Below are positions 39,337-50,113 of a DNA stretch of 64,000 bases, piece by piece. The DNA lies in the NCBI GenBank assembly GCA_963662285.2, contig CAXXMV010000002.1, positions 1,784,150 to 1,848,149 of the forward strand. Reading direction: 5' to 3'. The notes under the pieces are model-generated. The model did not search any database, was not told the DNA's origin, and was given only the letters and a program-made list of their open reading frames with translations. Numbering within the stretch: position 1 is the first letter of the stretch; each line of letters begins with the position of its first letter. The position numbers were made by a program, and so were the translations under genes. This stretch comes from a bacterium. Lineage in GTDB: Bacteria; Hinthialibacterota; Hinthialibacteria; Hinthialibacterales; Hinthialibacteraceae.

Positions 39337-40720
39337 ACTGATTCAAGGATGCTGCAATCCGAAATCCAAAGGTGGACATCGCCATGTCAGGGCGCCAGAA
39401 TTGACGAGAGGCAGACCGGCATGATTTGTCATTGTCGTCATAACTACCTCCCCGTAAAACACGGTGAGCGCCAGATTGTTTTCCAATTGGGTCAATTTCT
39501 GGTTCCGATGAATAAAAATCATACCAATCTTGACACCATTCCCATAAATTTCCGCTCATATCAAACAATCCAAAATCATTTGGCAATTTCGTTCCTACTT
39601 CATGAATATGGCGTTCTGAATTGCCTAAACCCCAGGTATAATCAGAATTACCTGAATACCAGGCATAATCACCAACATTTCCATATCCCCAATAATAATC
39701 TGTAGTTGTTCCTGCCCGGCAAGCATATTCCCATTCGGCTTCAGTTGGTAATCTAAATGTCCCCTGGCCCATCTTATTCAGATTGGAGATGAACTTCTTA
39801 CAGTCGTTCCATGATACTTTTTGTATGGGTAAATTATCCCCTATCCAATCCGAAGTATTAATCAGATCATCACCCATCAATGTCTGCCATTGAGCTTGGG
39901 TAACTTCATATTTACCTATATAAAAATCTTTTGAGATTGTAACTTTATGAATCGGTTTTTCATTATAACCTCCAGGATCGCTACCCATCTCGAAAGTACC
40001 CGCAGGGATTTTAACCATGACCAGTTCGATTGAGCCTTCGGGGAGATCAAGTTGGACGGTTTCGGTTTCGCCGTTGAAACTGGATTGGGTCGGAGTTGGC
40101 GTTGGAGTAGGGGTATTCTCTGGGATAGGAGATTTAGAACCAACCAGATCCTCAATTGAAACATTAATTCCATCCGGCCCCATTTCAATTATTTCAAAGT
40201 TATCAATATAAACAGTTAATCCTTCAGCATCACTAGTATTGACAACTTGAATAATTCCCTGGAATCCGGTAGATGGGGGAAGAAAGAAATCAGCGATTCG
40301 TTGATACTGATTGACAAATGACATTGGATTACTTGGCGTGATCGTTGAAACAAAAGTACTTTCACCTTGATCAACCGACGCTAGATAGAGCGATGCATGA
40401 GGAGCGCTCAAACGCACAGAGCAACGTAATAAAGCGCAATTGGATGTTGATATCAGCGTAGTTTGGATCATGGCGCCTTCGCCCGGATCAGCTGTAATAA
40501 TCATCCCCCTGCCATCAGTTGCGCCTTCAAACGCGTTATCACTTGGGATATCACCAAAAGTCACATCCGGCATGGGATACTCACCAAATCCCGCCCCTAT
40601 GAGCGTGATGCCATTGGCTTCTGCGCTGTCGCCGGAAAAATCTATTAAATTAGTATTTTGCGCAACTGAATTCAAACCCAATGCCATAGCGAATAGAAAA
40701 GTAAACGCGAATAGTTTCAT
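39335..40720 (-). CDS. Secreted FGE-sulfatase (SUMF1) domain protein with shared N-terminal domain and PT linker
   Basis: AGGAG RBS; IPAGTFEMGS, KYEVTQAQW, FRLPTEAEWEYACRAG, GLFDMSGNLWEWC, RVLRGGS, GFRI. Confidence 0.9.
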   Translation of the reverse strand: MKLFAFTFLFAMALGLNSVAQNTNLIDFSGDSAEANGITLIGAGFGEYPMPDVTFGDIPSDNAFEGATDGRGMIITADPGEGAMIQTTLISTSNCALLRCSVRLSAPHASLYLASVDQGESTFVSTITPSNPMSFVNQYQRIADFFLPPSTGFQGIIQVVNTSDAEGLTVYIDNFEIIEMGPDGINVSIEDLVGSKSPIPENTPTPTPTPTQSSFNGETETVQLDLPEGSIELVMVKIPAGTFEMGSDPGGYNEKPIHKVTISKDFYIGKYEVTQAQWQTLMGDDLINTSDWIGDNLPIQKVSWNDCKKFISNLNKMGQGTFRLPTEAEWEYACRAGTTTDYYWGYGNVGDYAWYSGNSDYTWGLGNSERHIHEVGTKLPNDFGLFDMSGNLWEWCQDWYDFYSSEPEIDPIGKQSGAHRVLRGGSYDDNDKSCRSASRQFWRPDMAMSTFGFRIAASLNQ

Positions 40721-41005
40721 TAAGTTTCTCCTAATAAACGACATATTATGAGATACAAATAACGCCGAATCTGAAACGCCTGATTGTATATGTAGCACAG
40801 TTGTTAAATTCCGTCTACAAAATCATCTAAATAGTATTATGGAAGGATAAGTTTTCGTTTTGCATAATCTTTTTTTATAGATAGCAGAAACTATGAGGGA
40901 TATTGATGAAAAATTATAGAAATAAAAGAAGGAAGTGTACTCAATCAAGGGCAGATAATACTGTCCTTGGCGCTCGTGTATTTCATAATATATGAAATAA
41001 AGAAC

Positions 41006-41038
41006 CTATGGGACACGCTTTCGCTTTGTCCCATCTAC
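41006..41038 (-). repeat. GTAG-type REP hairpin immediately after the pyrC stop
   Basis: Reverse complement gtagatgggacaaagcgaaagcgtgtcccatag. Confidence 0.8.
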
Positions 41039-41040
41039 TT

Positions 41041-42357
41041 CTATCCCTCAAAAACAATCTTCCCGCCGATGATGGTTTTGGCGACGCGGCCTTTTACTTT
41101 CCAGCCGTTGAAGGGGGTATTGCGTGATTTTGATAGGAAGGCGTTTTTGTCTATGGCGTATTCCGGTTCGGGATTCCATAGGGTTAGGTCGGCGGGGGCG
41201 CCTACGGCGATGCGGCCGCATTTTAGGTTTAGCACTGATGCTGGTTTATCGGTAACCGTCCGCAGTAGGGCCAGCAAATCCATACCTGAGCGTTCCAGTA
41301 TCTGGTTCATCACCAGGGGAAGCAGGGTTTCCATGCCGATTACGCCGGATGGCGCTATGGGGAACTCGGCGTTTTTATCTTCATCGGTGTATGGGGAATG
41401 GTCTGAGGTTATGCAGTCTATAGTTCCATCACGCAGTCCTTCAAACAGGGCTTCCTGATCTTCTTTGGTGCGAAGTGGGGGAGTGACTTTGGCGTTCGTA
41501 TTGAAATCTTCGGTCGCTTCGTCGGTTAGCAGCAGATAATGAGGCGCCGTTTCGCAGGTGACATTTACGCCTTTTGCTTTATAGAAACGTATAAGATCGA
41601 CCGAATCGGCGGTTGAAATATGGGTTAAATGAAGGTGCGCTCCAGTCTTTTTGGCCAGCAGAAGATCGCGGGCGACATGGATGCTTTCCGCTTCCGGCGG
41701 TTGTCCGATTAGACCAAGTTTTACTACCATCTGACCGTCGTTGATAAATCCATCAGAAGTTAGAGAGTGATCCTCGGCGTGAGAGAAGACCGGAATCTTG
41801 AATATAGTGGAGTATTCCATTGTCCGGCGCATGACCTGTGCATCATTGATGCCTTTTTCATCGTTGATAGCGATAGCGCCCGCTTCCACCATTTCACCCA
41901 TCAGCGCCAGTTCCTGGCCTAACATGCCTTTAGTTATGGCGCCGACTGGATAAACCCTTACAATCCCCTTAACTTTAGCGCGTTCGACAATGAATTCGAT
42001 GCCGGTTTTGTTATCGGTGGGGGGATTAGTGTTGCCCATGCAAGCCAGTGATGTGATGCCCCCGGCTGCGGCGGCTTGGGTTCCACTGGCGATAGTTTCT
42101 TTGCCTTCGTATCCCGGTTCGCGTAATTGAACGTGGATATCGATCAATCCCGGCATCAGCCATAAACCTTTAGCGTCAATCGTTTCAGCGTTGCTTTTTG
42201 ATATGTTATTACCGATTTCGGTGATGACGCCATTTTCAATCAATACGTCCGTGGTATTGTCGCCGCCATCAGCTGGATTAAGCACGCGTGCATTCTTGAT
42301 TATGATATTCGGATTGTTTTGACCGGATTGGTTGCTCATTTGGCCGGATGCTCCCAT
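41041..42357 (-). CDS. pyrC: Type I dihydroorotase-family protein with substituted active-site residues
   Basis: PGLIDIHVQLREPG, AAAGG, HAED, HIST, PPLR, SDHSP, SKSRNTPF; follows pyrB. Confidence 0.88.
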   Translation of the reverse strand: MGASGQMSNQSGQNNPNIIIKNARVLNPADGGDNTTDVLIENGVITEIGNNISKSNAETIDAKGLWLMPGLIDIHVQLREPGYEGKETIASGTQAAAAGGITSLACMGNTNPPTDNKTGIEFIVERAKVKGIVRVYPVGAITKGMLGQELALMGEMVEAGAIAINDEKGINDAQVMRRTMEYSTIFKIPVFSHAEDHSLTSDGFINDGQMVVKLGLIGQPPEAESIHVARDLLLAKKTGAHLHLTHISTADSVDLIRFYKAKGVNVTCETAPHYLLLTDEATEDFNTNAKVTPPLRTKEDQEALFEGLRDGTIDCITSDHSPYTDEDKNAEFPIAPSGVIGMETLLPLVMNQILERSGMDLLALLRTVTDKPASVLNLKCGRIAVGAPADLTLWNPEPEYAIDKNAFLSKSRNTPFNGWKVKGRVAKTIIGGKIVFEG

Positions 42358-42390
42358 ATTTTTTCGTACTGGTTGGCATTCAAATGCAAG

Positions 42391-43377
42391 TTATTCAAAT
42401 AGTGTTGGAGAATCTTCAGAATTTCTCTCTGGTTGCTCTTTGTCGCTGCTGAGAAGCAAATAAAGCAGCGCCATACGCACCGCCACACCATTGGTTACCT
42501 GTTCGAGAATTACTGAACTTTTACTGTCAGCTACGTCCGACATAATTTCCACTCCCCGGTTCATTGGTCCGGGGTGCATTACTAAAATGTTGGGATTAGC
42601 CCGCTTGAGCCTTTCCATATTAAGCCCGTAAATTTTACTGTATTCCTTAGGATCAGGGAAGAAATTACTGGTCATGCGTTCGCGTTGAATGCGAAGCATG
42701 TTAAGAACGTCTGCGCCTTCAATGGCTTCATCCAGGTCATGATATACCTCGACGCCGAAGTCCCTGACTTCTTTGGGGATAAGGGTGGGCGGCCCGACAA
42801 AGCGAACTTTGGCGCCCATAGTAAGCAGACCCCACATGTCGGAATGGGCTACCCGTCCGTGCAGCACATCTCCCACGATAGCTACCGTAAGTCCTTCCAG
42901 TTGACCTTTGTGTTCACGGATAGTGAACATATCAAGCAAGGCCTGAGAAGGATGTTCGTTGGTTCCATCGCCGGCGTTGATGACGGGTATATCGATATTA
43001 CGCGCTAAATGGTGCGGCGCGCCGGATAGGTTATGGCGTATGATGATGACGTCGATCCCCATAACCCGTAAGTTGTTGGCTGTGTCAATTATGGTTTCAC
43101 CCTTGACCACGCTGCTGGTGGATGGGGATATCTGCACCACATCAGCTGACAGGCGCGTGGCGGCCAGTTCGAATGACGTACGGGTTCTTGTACTGGGTTC
43201 ATAGAATAGGGTTACGGCGACTTTACCGCGAAGAGTTGGCACTTTCTTGACGGATCGGGTATGAATTTCCTTCATGGATCGGGCGGTATCCAATACCAAC
43301 TCGATCTCTTCCCGTGATACGTCTCTCAACCCTAAACAATCTTTACGCCGCCATTTGGTTTTGTTTTTGTTTGTCAT
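42391..43377 (-). CDS. pyrB: Aspartate carbamoyltransferase catalytic subunit
   Basis: FYEPSTRTRTSFE, KGET, NAGDG, HPSQALLD, RIQRER, HPGPMNRG. Confidence 0.97.
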   Translation of the reverse strand: MTNKNKTKWRRKDCLGLRDVSREEIELVLDTARSMKEIHTRSVKKVPTLRGKVAVTLFYEPSTRTRTSFELAATRLSADVVQISPSTSSVVKGETIIDTANNLRVMGIDVIIIRHNLSGAPHHLARNIDIPVINAGDGTNEHPSQALLDMFTIREHKGQLEGLTVAIVGDVLHGRVAHSDMWGLLTMGAKVRFVGPPTLIPKEVRDFGVEVYHDLDEAIEGADVLNMLRIQRERMTSNFFPDPKEYSKIYGLNMERLKRANPNILVMHPGPMNRGVEIMSDVADSKSSVILEQVTNGVAVRMALLYLLLSSDKEQPERNSEDSPTLFE

Positions 43378-43536
43378 AATAGTTGAACCATTGTTGAGAA
43401 ATTATGAATTATTCTAAAACGAAACGGCGAAAAGTCTGAAACTGTTTTTATCACCACAATACTTAGTAGATTCACAAGAGTGATATATACAAAATATTGC
43501 GTAAGTTTCGTCTTTCTTGCACTTTTTACCGAATCA

Positions 43537-44082
43537 TTATTCCAAAATAGTGATTACATCATCTTTCCCATCATCTTCTTCCAGATGAACCACTACTGTT
43601 TCTTTTGAATAAGTTGTTACTTCTTTACCGGCAAAGTCAGCCTGGATGGGCAATTCGCGCAGTCCTTCTCTATCGATCAAGGTTAATAATTCAACACTGT
43701 CGGGACGTCCTAAATCCATTAGCGCATTCAGGGCAGATCTAACAGTTCGTCCTGTATAAAGGACATCATCAACCAGAATGATCTGCATCCCTTCTATATC
43801 AAAGGGAATCTCTGTGCTGCGCACTTCCGGTGCGATGGAATTGAATCCGATGTCATCCCGGTATAAAGCGATATCCAGTATACCGAAAGGAATTTCATAA
43901 CCGGCCATCGAATCTAGAATTACCTTCAGTCGTTTAGCCAGGGTCGCTCCACGGCTGCGGATGCCGACCAGCCCCAGTTTTTCTCCGGCATTTCGTTCCC
44001 ATAGTTGATACGCCATGCGTTGAATGGTGCGGGAAATATCTTCCGAGGTCATTATTAAACGGTGTCGTTGGGTTTCAGGCAT
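43537..44082 (-). CDS. pyrR: Pyrimidine regulatory protein / uracil phosphoribosyltransferase
   Basis: LDIALYRDD, LVDDVLYTGRT, RELPIQAD. Confidence 0.95.
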   Translation of the reverse strand: MPETQRHRLIMTSEDISRTIQRMAYQLWERNAGEKLGLVGIRSRGATLAKRLKVILDSMAGYEIPFGILDIALYRDDIGFNSIAPEVRSTEIPFDIEGMQIILVDDVLYTGRTVRSALNALMDLGRPDSVELLTLIDREGLRELPIQADFAGKEVTTYSKETVVVHLEEDDGKDDVITILE

Positions 44083-45017
44083 GTTAGTTTATCCACTACA
44101 GATTTTAATAGTTGCGGCAAAGGCGCTTGGAACTCCATTATCTCATCAGTCGCCGGATGAGGGAAGCGTAGTTCATGAGCATGTAACGCTATCCCCGGAT
44201 ATCCTTCAAAAAGTCGCGCCAGCCTTCCCTTGCCATAATGCTTTTTTAGTCCGTAAAGAGCGTCTCCTACAATAGATAACCCTAAATGATGGAGATGAAC
44301 TCTTATCTGATGAGTACGACCTGTCCTAGGATAAACTTTTACTAATGATCCGCCTAGTCCTGTACTGGTAATTCGATACCTGGTGAGTGAATTTCTTCCA
44401 TCTTCACGGATTGTCATACGCTTGCGGTCGGAAGGATGACGCCCGATAGGCAAATCAATCTCTCCTTCTTGTTTTGTTATAATGCCATGAACAATCGCCC
44501 AATAGATCTTTTTGATGCGGCGAGTTTTGAAGCATTCGCTAAGTTTTCGGTGAGCTTCATTGTTTTTGGCGATAACAAGTATTCCACTGGTTACCCGGTC
44601 TAGCCGATGGACGATGCCTGGACGCAATACGCCTCCTATACCTGATAAATCATGAATTTTATATAAAAGACCATTCACTAAGGTCCCGGTTTTGATATGA
44701 TCGGTCGGGTGAACGCATAGACCAGCTGGTTTATCTATTACTGCGACGTGTTCATCTTCGTAAAGTATTGAAAAATCAATATCTTCTGGTTCTACTGTAC
44801 TGGGCTGCAGCGGTGGTAGACATACCCGGATATGGTCGCCGGGCGCCACCTTGCGCTTGGTTTGGCAGATCGGCTCATCGTTTAAAAATACTTGTTTTTC
44901 TTCAATTAACTGTTTTATTCGATTACGGGATATATCTTCTGTCTGAGAAGCAATAAATTTGTCTATCCGGGTGGGCGAGGTAGTCTCTTCGACGGTAAAA
45001 TTCAATTCAGTTGTCAT
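44055..45017 (-). CDS. rluD: RluA-family pseudouridine synthase with S4 domain (RluD-like)
   Basis: RIDKFI, DKPAGL, RPGIVHRLD, TGRTHQIRVH, LHA. Confidence 0.9.
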   Translation of the reverse strand: MTTELNFTVEETTSPTRIDKFIASQTEDISRNRIKQLIEEKQVFLNDEPICQTKRKVAPGDHIRVCLPPLQPSTVEPEDIDFSILYEDEHVAVIDKPAGLCVHPTDHIKTGTLVNGLLYKIHDLSGIGGVLRPGIVHRLDRVTSGILVIAKNNEAHRKLSECFKTRRIKKIYWAIVHGIITKQEGEIDLPIGRHPSDRKRMTIREDGRNSLTRYRITSTGLGGSLVKVYPRTGRTHQIRVHLHHLGLSIVGDALYGLKKHYGKGRLARLFEGYPGIALHAHELRFPHPATDEIMEFQAPLPQLLKSVVDKLTCLKPNDTV

Positions 45018-45325
45018 ATTATTTTTTAAGTTAATCTCTTGAGAAATGGGGATACAATAGGATATTGTTATTAATGTTATGCGAATTATAGATAAGTATG
45101 ACTCCTTATTCCGTTGTCTAATTACTAGGTATTATATATAATATACGGGAAAGCGAACTTCTTCAGCTTTATACTAGTTATTTTAGCGCATAGTTCATTA
45201 AAGAATAAGATATAGTATGGTGGATTTTTTTTGCATAATTGTTCACATTTTTTACAATCCACTTTGACGCCTTAAAAAATGCAGCCAAAATCCTAAAACG
45301 AAAAACGAATGCGCGGGAGGCATCA

Positions 45326-46255
<930 letters not shown>

Positions 46256-46351
46256 ATTTCAGTAAATTTCTATTAGGTGTATTTTAGTTAGATCAAAGTA
46301 TCTTCTTTTTCGAATCGCGAATCATAACATTATTATGAAAACCAATATAAA

Positions 46352-46381
46352 GAGAGGGCGGATTAAACGATCCGCCCTCTC
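46352..46381. terminator. Hairpin terminator between convergent genes
   Basis: gagagggcggat-taaacg-atccgccctctc, 12-bp stem in AT-rich flanks. Confidence 0.75.
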
Positions 46382-46428
46382 AATTATGCTATGGTTGATT
46401 TTATAATATATATAAAATCAATTATTGA

Positions 46429-48066
46429 TTAATACAAACTCCACTGACCGACGCTCGTGTTTTCAACTACGGAAGAAACGACAAAATTGTCGAAAGCGAT
46501 TCCTCCGGTGTCGCCAACATCAGTACCGGCATTAACCCAACCAAAGAGTCCTACCTGTCCGGCGGCATGCGTATCGTCTTCAACAACTGCATGAATCTCA
46601 TCGTCAAACAGCAGATAGAAAACATTTCCTTTTATAATAACTTGGAATTTCTGCCATACATTCAAGACTTCATCATAATCTTCGGCATGAAGTTCTGATC
46701 GGGTTCCTCCAGAATACAGAATCATATCCAAACCGGCATTAACAAATTGCCATGAATAAAAATTGTTTATGTCTGTACCCCGGAAAACGATTCCCCAATC
46801 AGCGTCTGCAACAAATCCCATTCCTTGCACCGTGATGGCAATATCTGTTAGATCGGGATCTCCTGTAAGCGAAACCAGCGGGCCGCCGGCATCTTCATAT
46901 TCGACAAAATAGCCGTCTTCATTCACATCCCAGAATCCGGCTAAATCTTCCCAGTCATCATATTGGCTGGCATCGTCAAAATCGAAGGAGAATATTTCTT
47001 CTCCAACAGTAAGATTGAAATAGTATATGTTGGACGGTCCTTTAATTTCTGAGGAACCGTCGCCACCTGACCATTTGGCGCCATAACCTGTAACCGACGG
47101 ATCGTAATCCGCTGGCGCCGTCACTTTGTAGGTTAACTTAGAGGCTCCTGGATTAGCTGAGTAATTCCAGGTTATTACGCCGCCGCTATCCGTTCCGCCA
47201 TCGCTTATGTCGCTGATGACAAATCCAGCCGGGACTGTTTCTGTAATGGTTAGATCAGTTGCTGAACCTCCCGAATAAAAAATGTCCAGCGCTGCATTAA
47301 CTGTCTGTCCTCCTACAAATGTGATCGCATCCAACGAACGGGTGATATTGGTGATAGGCGGCGCCTCTTCGAGTACAACATTGTCCACTTCAGCGATTGC
47401 CAGAAAATCATTATCGTCATGATTGGTGATTGCCAATCCATAAGCAACGCTGTCGGCCCATCCATCTATTGTTGTGCTATGGGCGATGATCCATTCGTCG
47501 CCATCATAAGAATATTCAGATAAGAACATGCCGATAGCAGAAACCCGTGTTACGCGAAGCCAGATTCCATCACCAGTAGCTTCGACCGCAATTGTGTTAT
47601 CAGGAGCATCTTCAAAAATCTGAACGTCGCTCGATCCTCCGCCTTCATTGACTCGCCATTGCGCGTCGATCTGGTCGCCATAGTCCGCGCCGCGCAGATC
47701 TAGAGAGTAATGGCTAGATTCGGGCATTGCGGGTTTGTTGCGAATTGAAACCCCGATCTTCGCCCATTCGTTTGCGCCTGGATCAATCCAGCTCACGCGG
47801 GCGGATAGACGCCAGTCACCGGTTTTTTCAGTGTAAACGAAAAAACCTTCATCGTCATTGCCCCAAATGTCATCTCCGTTGCCTTCGATTGTATAGATGC
47901 CATCTTCTTCGACGACGCTGCCCGCGACTTTGGTAGTTCCCCTTGGATTGTCAGGCGAATACCAATCCACCGCATTATCAAAAATACCATACTGAGCGAA
48001 CGCTGGACTACCCATAATCAGCAACGCCATACTCATTAAACCCCATAAAACAATTTTTCTGTGCAT
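46429..48066 (-). CDS. Secreted acidic protein with two ConA/LamG-like domains around an Ig-like domain, with C-terminal tag
   Basis: Signal peptide ending AFA; GDDIWGNDDEGFFVY, WAKIGV, WLRVTR, GQVGLF, FDNFVV; ends TSVGQWSLY. Confidence 0.75.
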   Translation of the reverse strand: MHRKIVLWGLMSMALLIMGSPAFAQYGIFDNAVDWYSPDNPRGTTKVAGSVVEEDGIYTIEGNGDDIWGNDDEGFFVYTEKTGDWRLSARVSWIDPGANEWAKIGVSIRNKPAMPESSHYSLDLRGADYGDQIDAQWRVNEGGGSSDVQIFEDAPDNTIAVEATGDGIWLRVTRVSAIGMFLSEYSYDGDEWIIAHSTTIDGWADSVAYGLAITNHDDNDFLAIAEVDNVVLEEAPPITNITRSLDAITFVGGQTVNAALDIFYSGGSATDLTITETVPAGFVISDISDGGTDSGGVITWNYSANPGASKLTYKVTAPADYDPSVTGYGAKWSGGDGSSEIKGPSNIYYFNLTVGEEIFSFDFDDASQYDDWEDLAGFWDVNEDGYFVEYEDAGGPLVSLTGDPDLTDIAITVQGMGFVADADWGIVFRGTDINNFYSWQFVNAGLDMILYSGGTRSELHAEDYDEVLNVWQKFQVIIKGNVFYLLFDDEIHAVVEDDTHAAGQVGLFGWVNAGTDVGDTGGIAFDNFVVSSVVENTSVGQWSLY

Positions 48067-48353
48067 AAAGCACCTCCCGGAATAATATTAAATGCATCCG
48101 AACGATTGATGAATCGAACTAATTATAATCTAGTATTATTGCATCTCGGTCAATGGATTATGGTTAATTTGTCTGTTTTATTTTGAACTGAATATCATGT
48201 CTAGAATCACGAAAGTGAATTTAGCTAGTAAATATTTGCTGATTATTTAGTAAATATTCGGCCAATCTATATATATCTGAACATTGGAAGATATTCACTC
48301 CCCATTTAATATATAAATGATACTCTATAGAATGAGACATCTTATCTGGAAAG

Positions 48354-49718
48354 GTGATTATCGTGACAAACCTTGGCTTGCCTGATTTTTCTATCGACCG
48401 ATTAGGAAAACCGAAACTGGATTCACCTATGCAACTCTCTCATGTAATGGACGATTTTATCGCCAATTTCGTGGAGGATGATGAGCGAATACTGTTCGAT
48501 AGCACTTTATCCGCAATCCGGAAATCATTGAATAATGATAGTGGTATTCCCGCTTTTGAGGCTGCCGGTCCTAGAGATAAAATTTACTTTGATCCCAAAA
48601 ATTCAACGGCGGCAATCGTAACCTGCGGCGGATTGTGCCCCGGTCTCAATGACGTTATCCAGGGATTGGTTCAATCTCTATATTTTCATTATGGCGTAAG
48701 GAATATTTTAGGCATTAGATATGGTTATAAAGGTTTGGTTGAACAGTCGAATATAGAGCCGCTGTCGCTTTCGCCAACCGTTGTGGCGGATATTCATGAC
48801 CGGGGCGGAACCTTTCTCGGTTCTTCCCGCGGCCCTCAGCCCATAGATGAGATTATAGATTTTTTAGTAAAGCGCAAAATTAATATCCTGTTTACTATAG
48901 GCGGAGATGGCACCCAAAGAGGGGCGTTGGCTCTTCGGAATGAAATACGTAAACGGGGATTAGAAATATCTATCGTCGGAATTCCCAAAACCATTGATAA
49001 CGATGTGATGTATGTGGATAAAAGTTTTGGATTTGAATCGGCTTATTCCATAGCAGCCAATACCCTGCTTAGCGCTCATGCCGAAGCTTATGGCGAATAT
49101 AATGGAATTACCATTGTTAAATTGATGGGGCGGCATTCAGGTTTTTTAGCTGCTAATGCCACCGTGGCCAGTGGAGAAGTGAATTTCTGCCTGATCCCTG
49201 AAATCCCCTTTGATCTTGATTCACCCAAAGGATTCCTGGCGGCTATTGAGAAAAGAGTTTTGCAACGGCATCATGCGGTAGTGGTAGTGGCTGAAGGGGC
49301 TGGTCAGGAATTGATGAGCAATGATGTTAGCATCCTACAGACTGGCGTACATGAGACTGATGCCTCGGGGAATGTAAAATTATCTGATATTGGACTCTAC
49401 CTCCATCAAAAAGTTAAGCGTCATTTTGAGCAAAAAGGCATCCAAGCCGGAGTTCGTTATATTGATCCCAGTTATATAGTCCGGTCATTAAAAGCCACGG
49501 CGGTGGACCGCATGTTCTGTTTGCGATTGGCCAATAACGCCGTCCATGCAGCCATGAGCGGCCGGACGGGAATGATTGTCGGGCATTGGAATTCTTTCTT
49601 TACCCATATTCCCATTGAAGCGGCGGTTTCTCAAACAAAGCAACTTGATCCGGAAAGCGACCTCTGGTTGTCGGTTTTAGAATCCACCGGTCAACCCAAT
49701 AGGATGATTGATAGTTAG
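48354..49718 (+). CDS. pfkA: 6-phosphofructokinase, probably ATP-dependent (group X type)
   Basis: TCGGLCPGLN, GGDGTQRG (Gly variant), PKTIDND, MGRHSG, AEGAGQ, YIDPSY. Confidence 0.92.
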   Translation: MIIVTNLGLPDFSIDRLGKPKLDSPMQLSHVMDDFIANFVEDDERILFDSTLSAIRKSLNNDSGIPAFEAAGPRDKIYFDPKNSTAAIVTCGGLCPGLNDVIQGLVQSLYFHYGVRNILGIRYGYKGLVEQSNIEPLSLSPTVVADIHDRGGTFLGSSRGPQPIDEIIDFLVKRKINILFTIGGDGTQRGALALRNEIRKRGLEISIVGIPKTIDNDVMYVDKSFGFESAYSIAANTLLSAHAEAYGEYNGITIVKLMGRHSGFLAANATVASGEVNFCLIPEIPFDLDSPKGFLAAIEKRVLQRHHAVVVVAEGAGQELMSNDVSILQTGVHETDASGNVKLSDIGLYLHQKVKRHFEQKGIQAGVRYIDPSYIVRSLKATAVDRMFCLRLANNAVHAAMSGRTGMIVGHWNSFFTHIPIEAAVSQTKQLDPESDLWLSVLESTGQPNRMIDS

Positions 49719-49728
49719 GTTGCAGAAC

Positions 49729-49824
49729 GTATCCGGTGGATCGCGTTTTATGACCCACCGGATCAAACTGTTTTTGATGCATAATTTTATACAAAAAAAT
49801 GGTTGGTGATGGCGGTCACCAACC
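49729..49824 (+). repeat. Hairpins downstream of pfkA (REP-like and/or terminator)
   Basis: atccggtgg...ccaccggat and ggttggtga-tggcgg-tcaccaacc. Confidence 0.5.
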
Positions 49825-50113
49825 AAATACGAGGTATATAACATTATCTCAGCCAGAGATAATTCTTTAACGATTCTTTGGAAAACTGGAGAATCGTGTT
49901 TTTCTTTATTTCTCAAATGTACTAACAAAATTCACAAAAACACTTTCATCGATTTATGGATATGGTCTTAAGAAAGAATTTTGTAAATCACGTCAGTTTA
50001 GTATCCCATTGCTGCTTATATGATTATTGATGACATTGGCTTTGGGTGATTCTATGAGAGATGGAATAGTATCTGGCGTCCCACCTCTCATAAAAAAACT
50101 AACGAATAATCAT

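Noticed and set aside
43378-43536. PyrR-binding attenuator between pyrR and pyrB
   Set aside because: No recognisable AGUCC-AGAGAG loop or terminator/antiterminator pair seen
50053-50098. Hairpin as intrinsic terminator of the 50114 gene
   Set aside because: On the minus strand the T-run precedes the stem rather than following it, and the stem is imperfect
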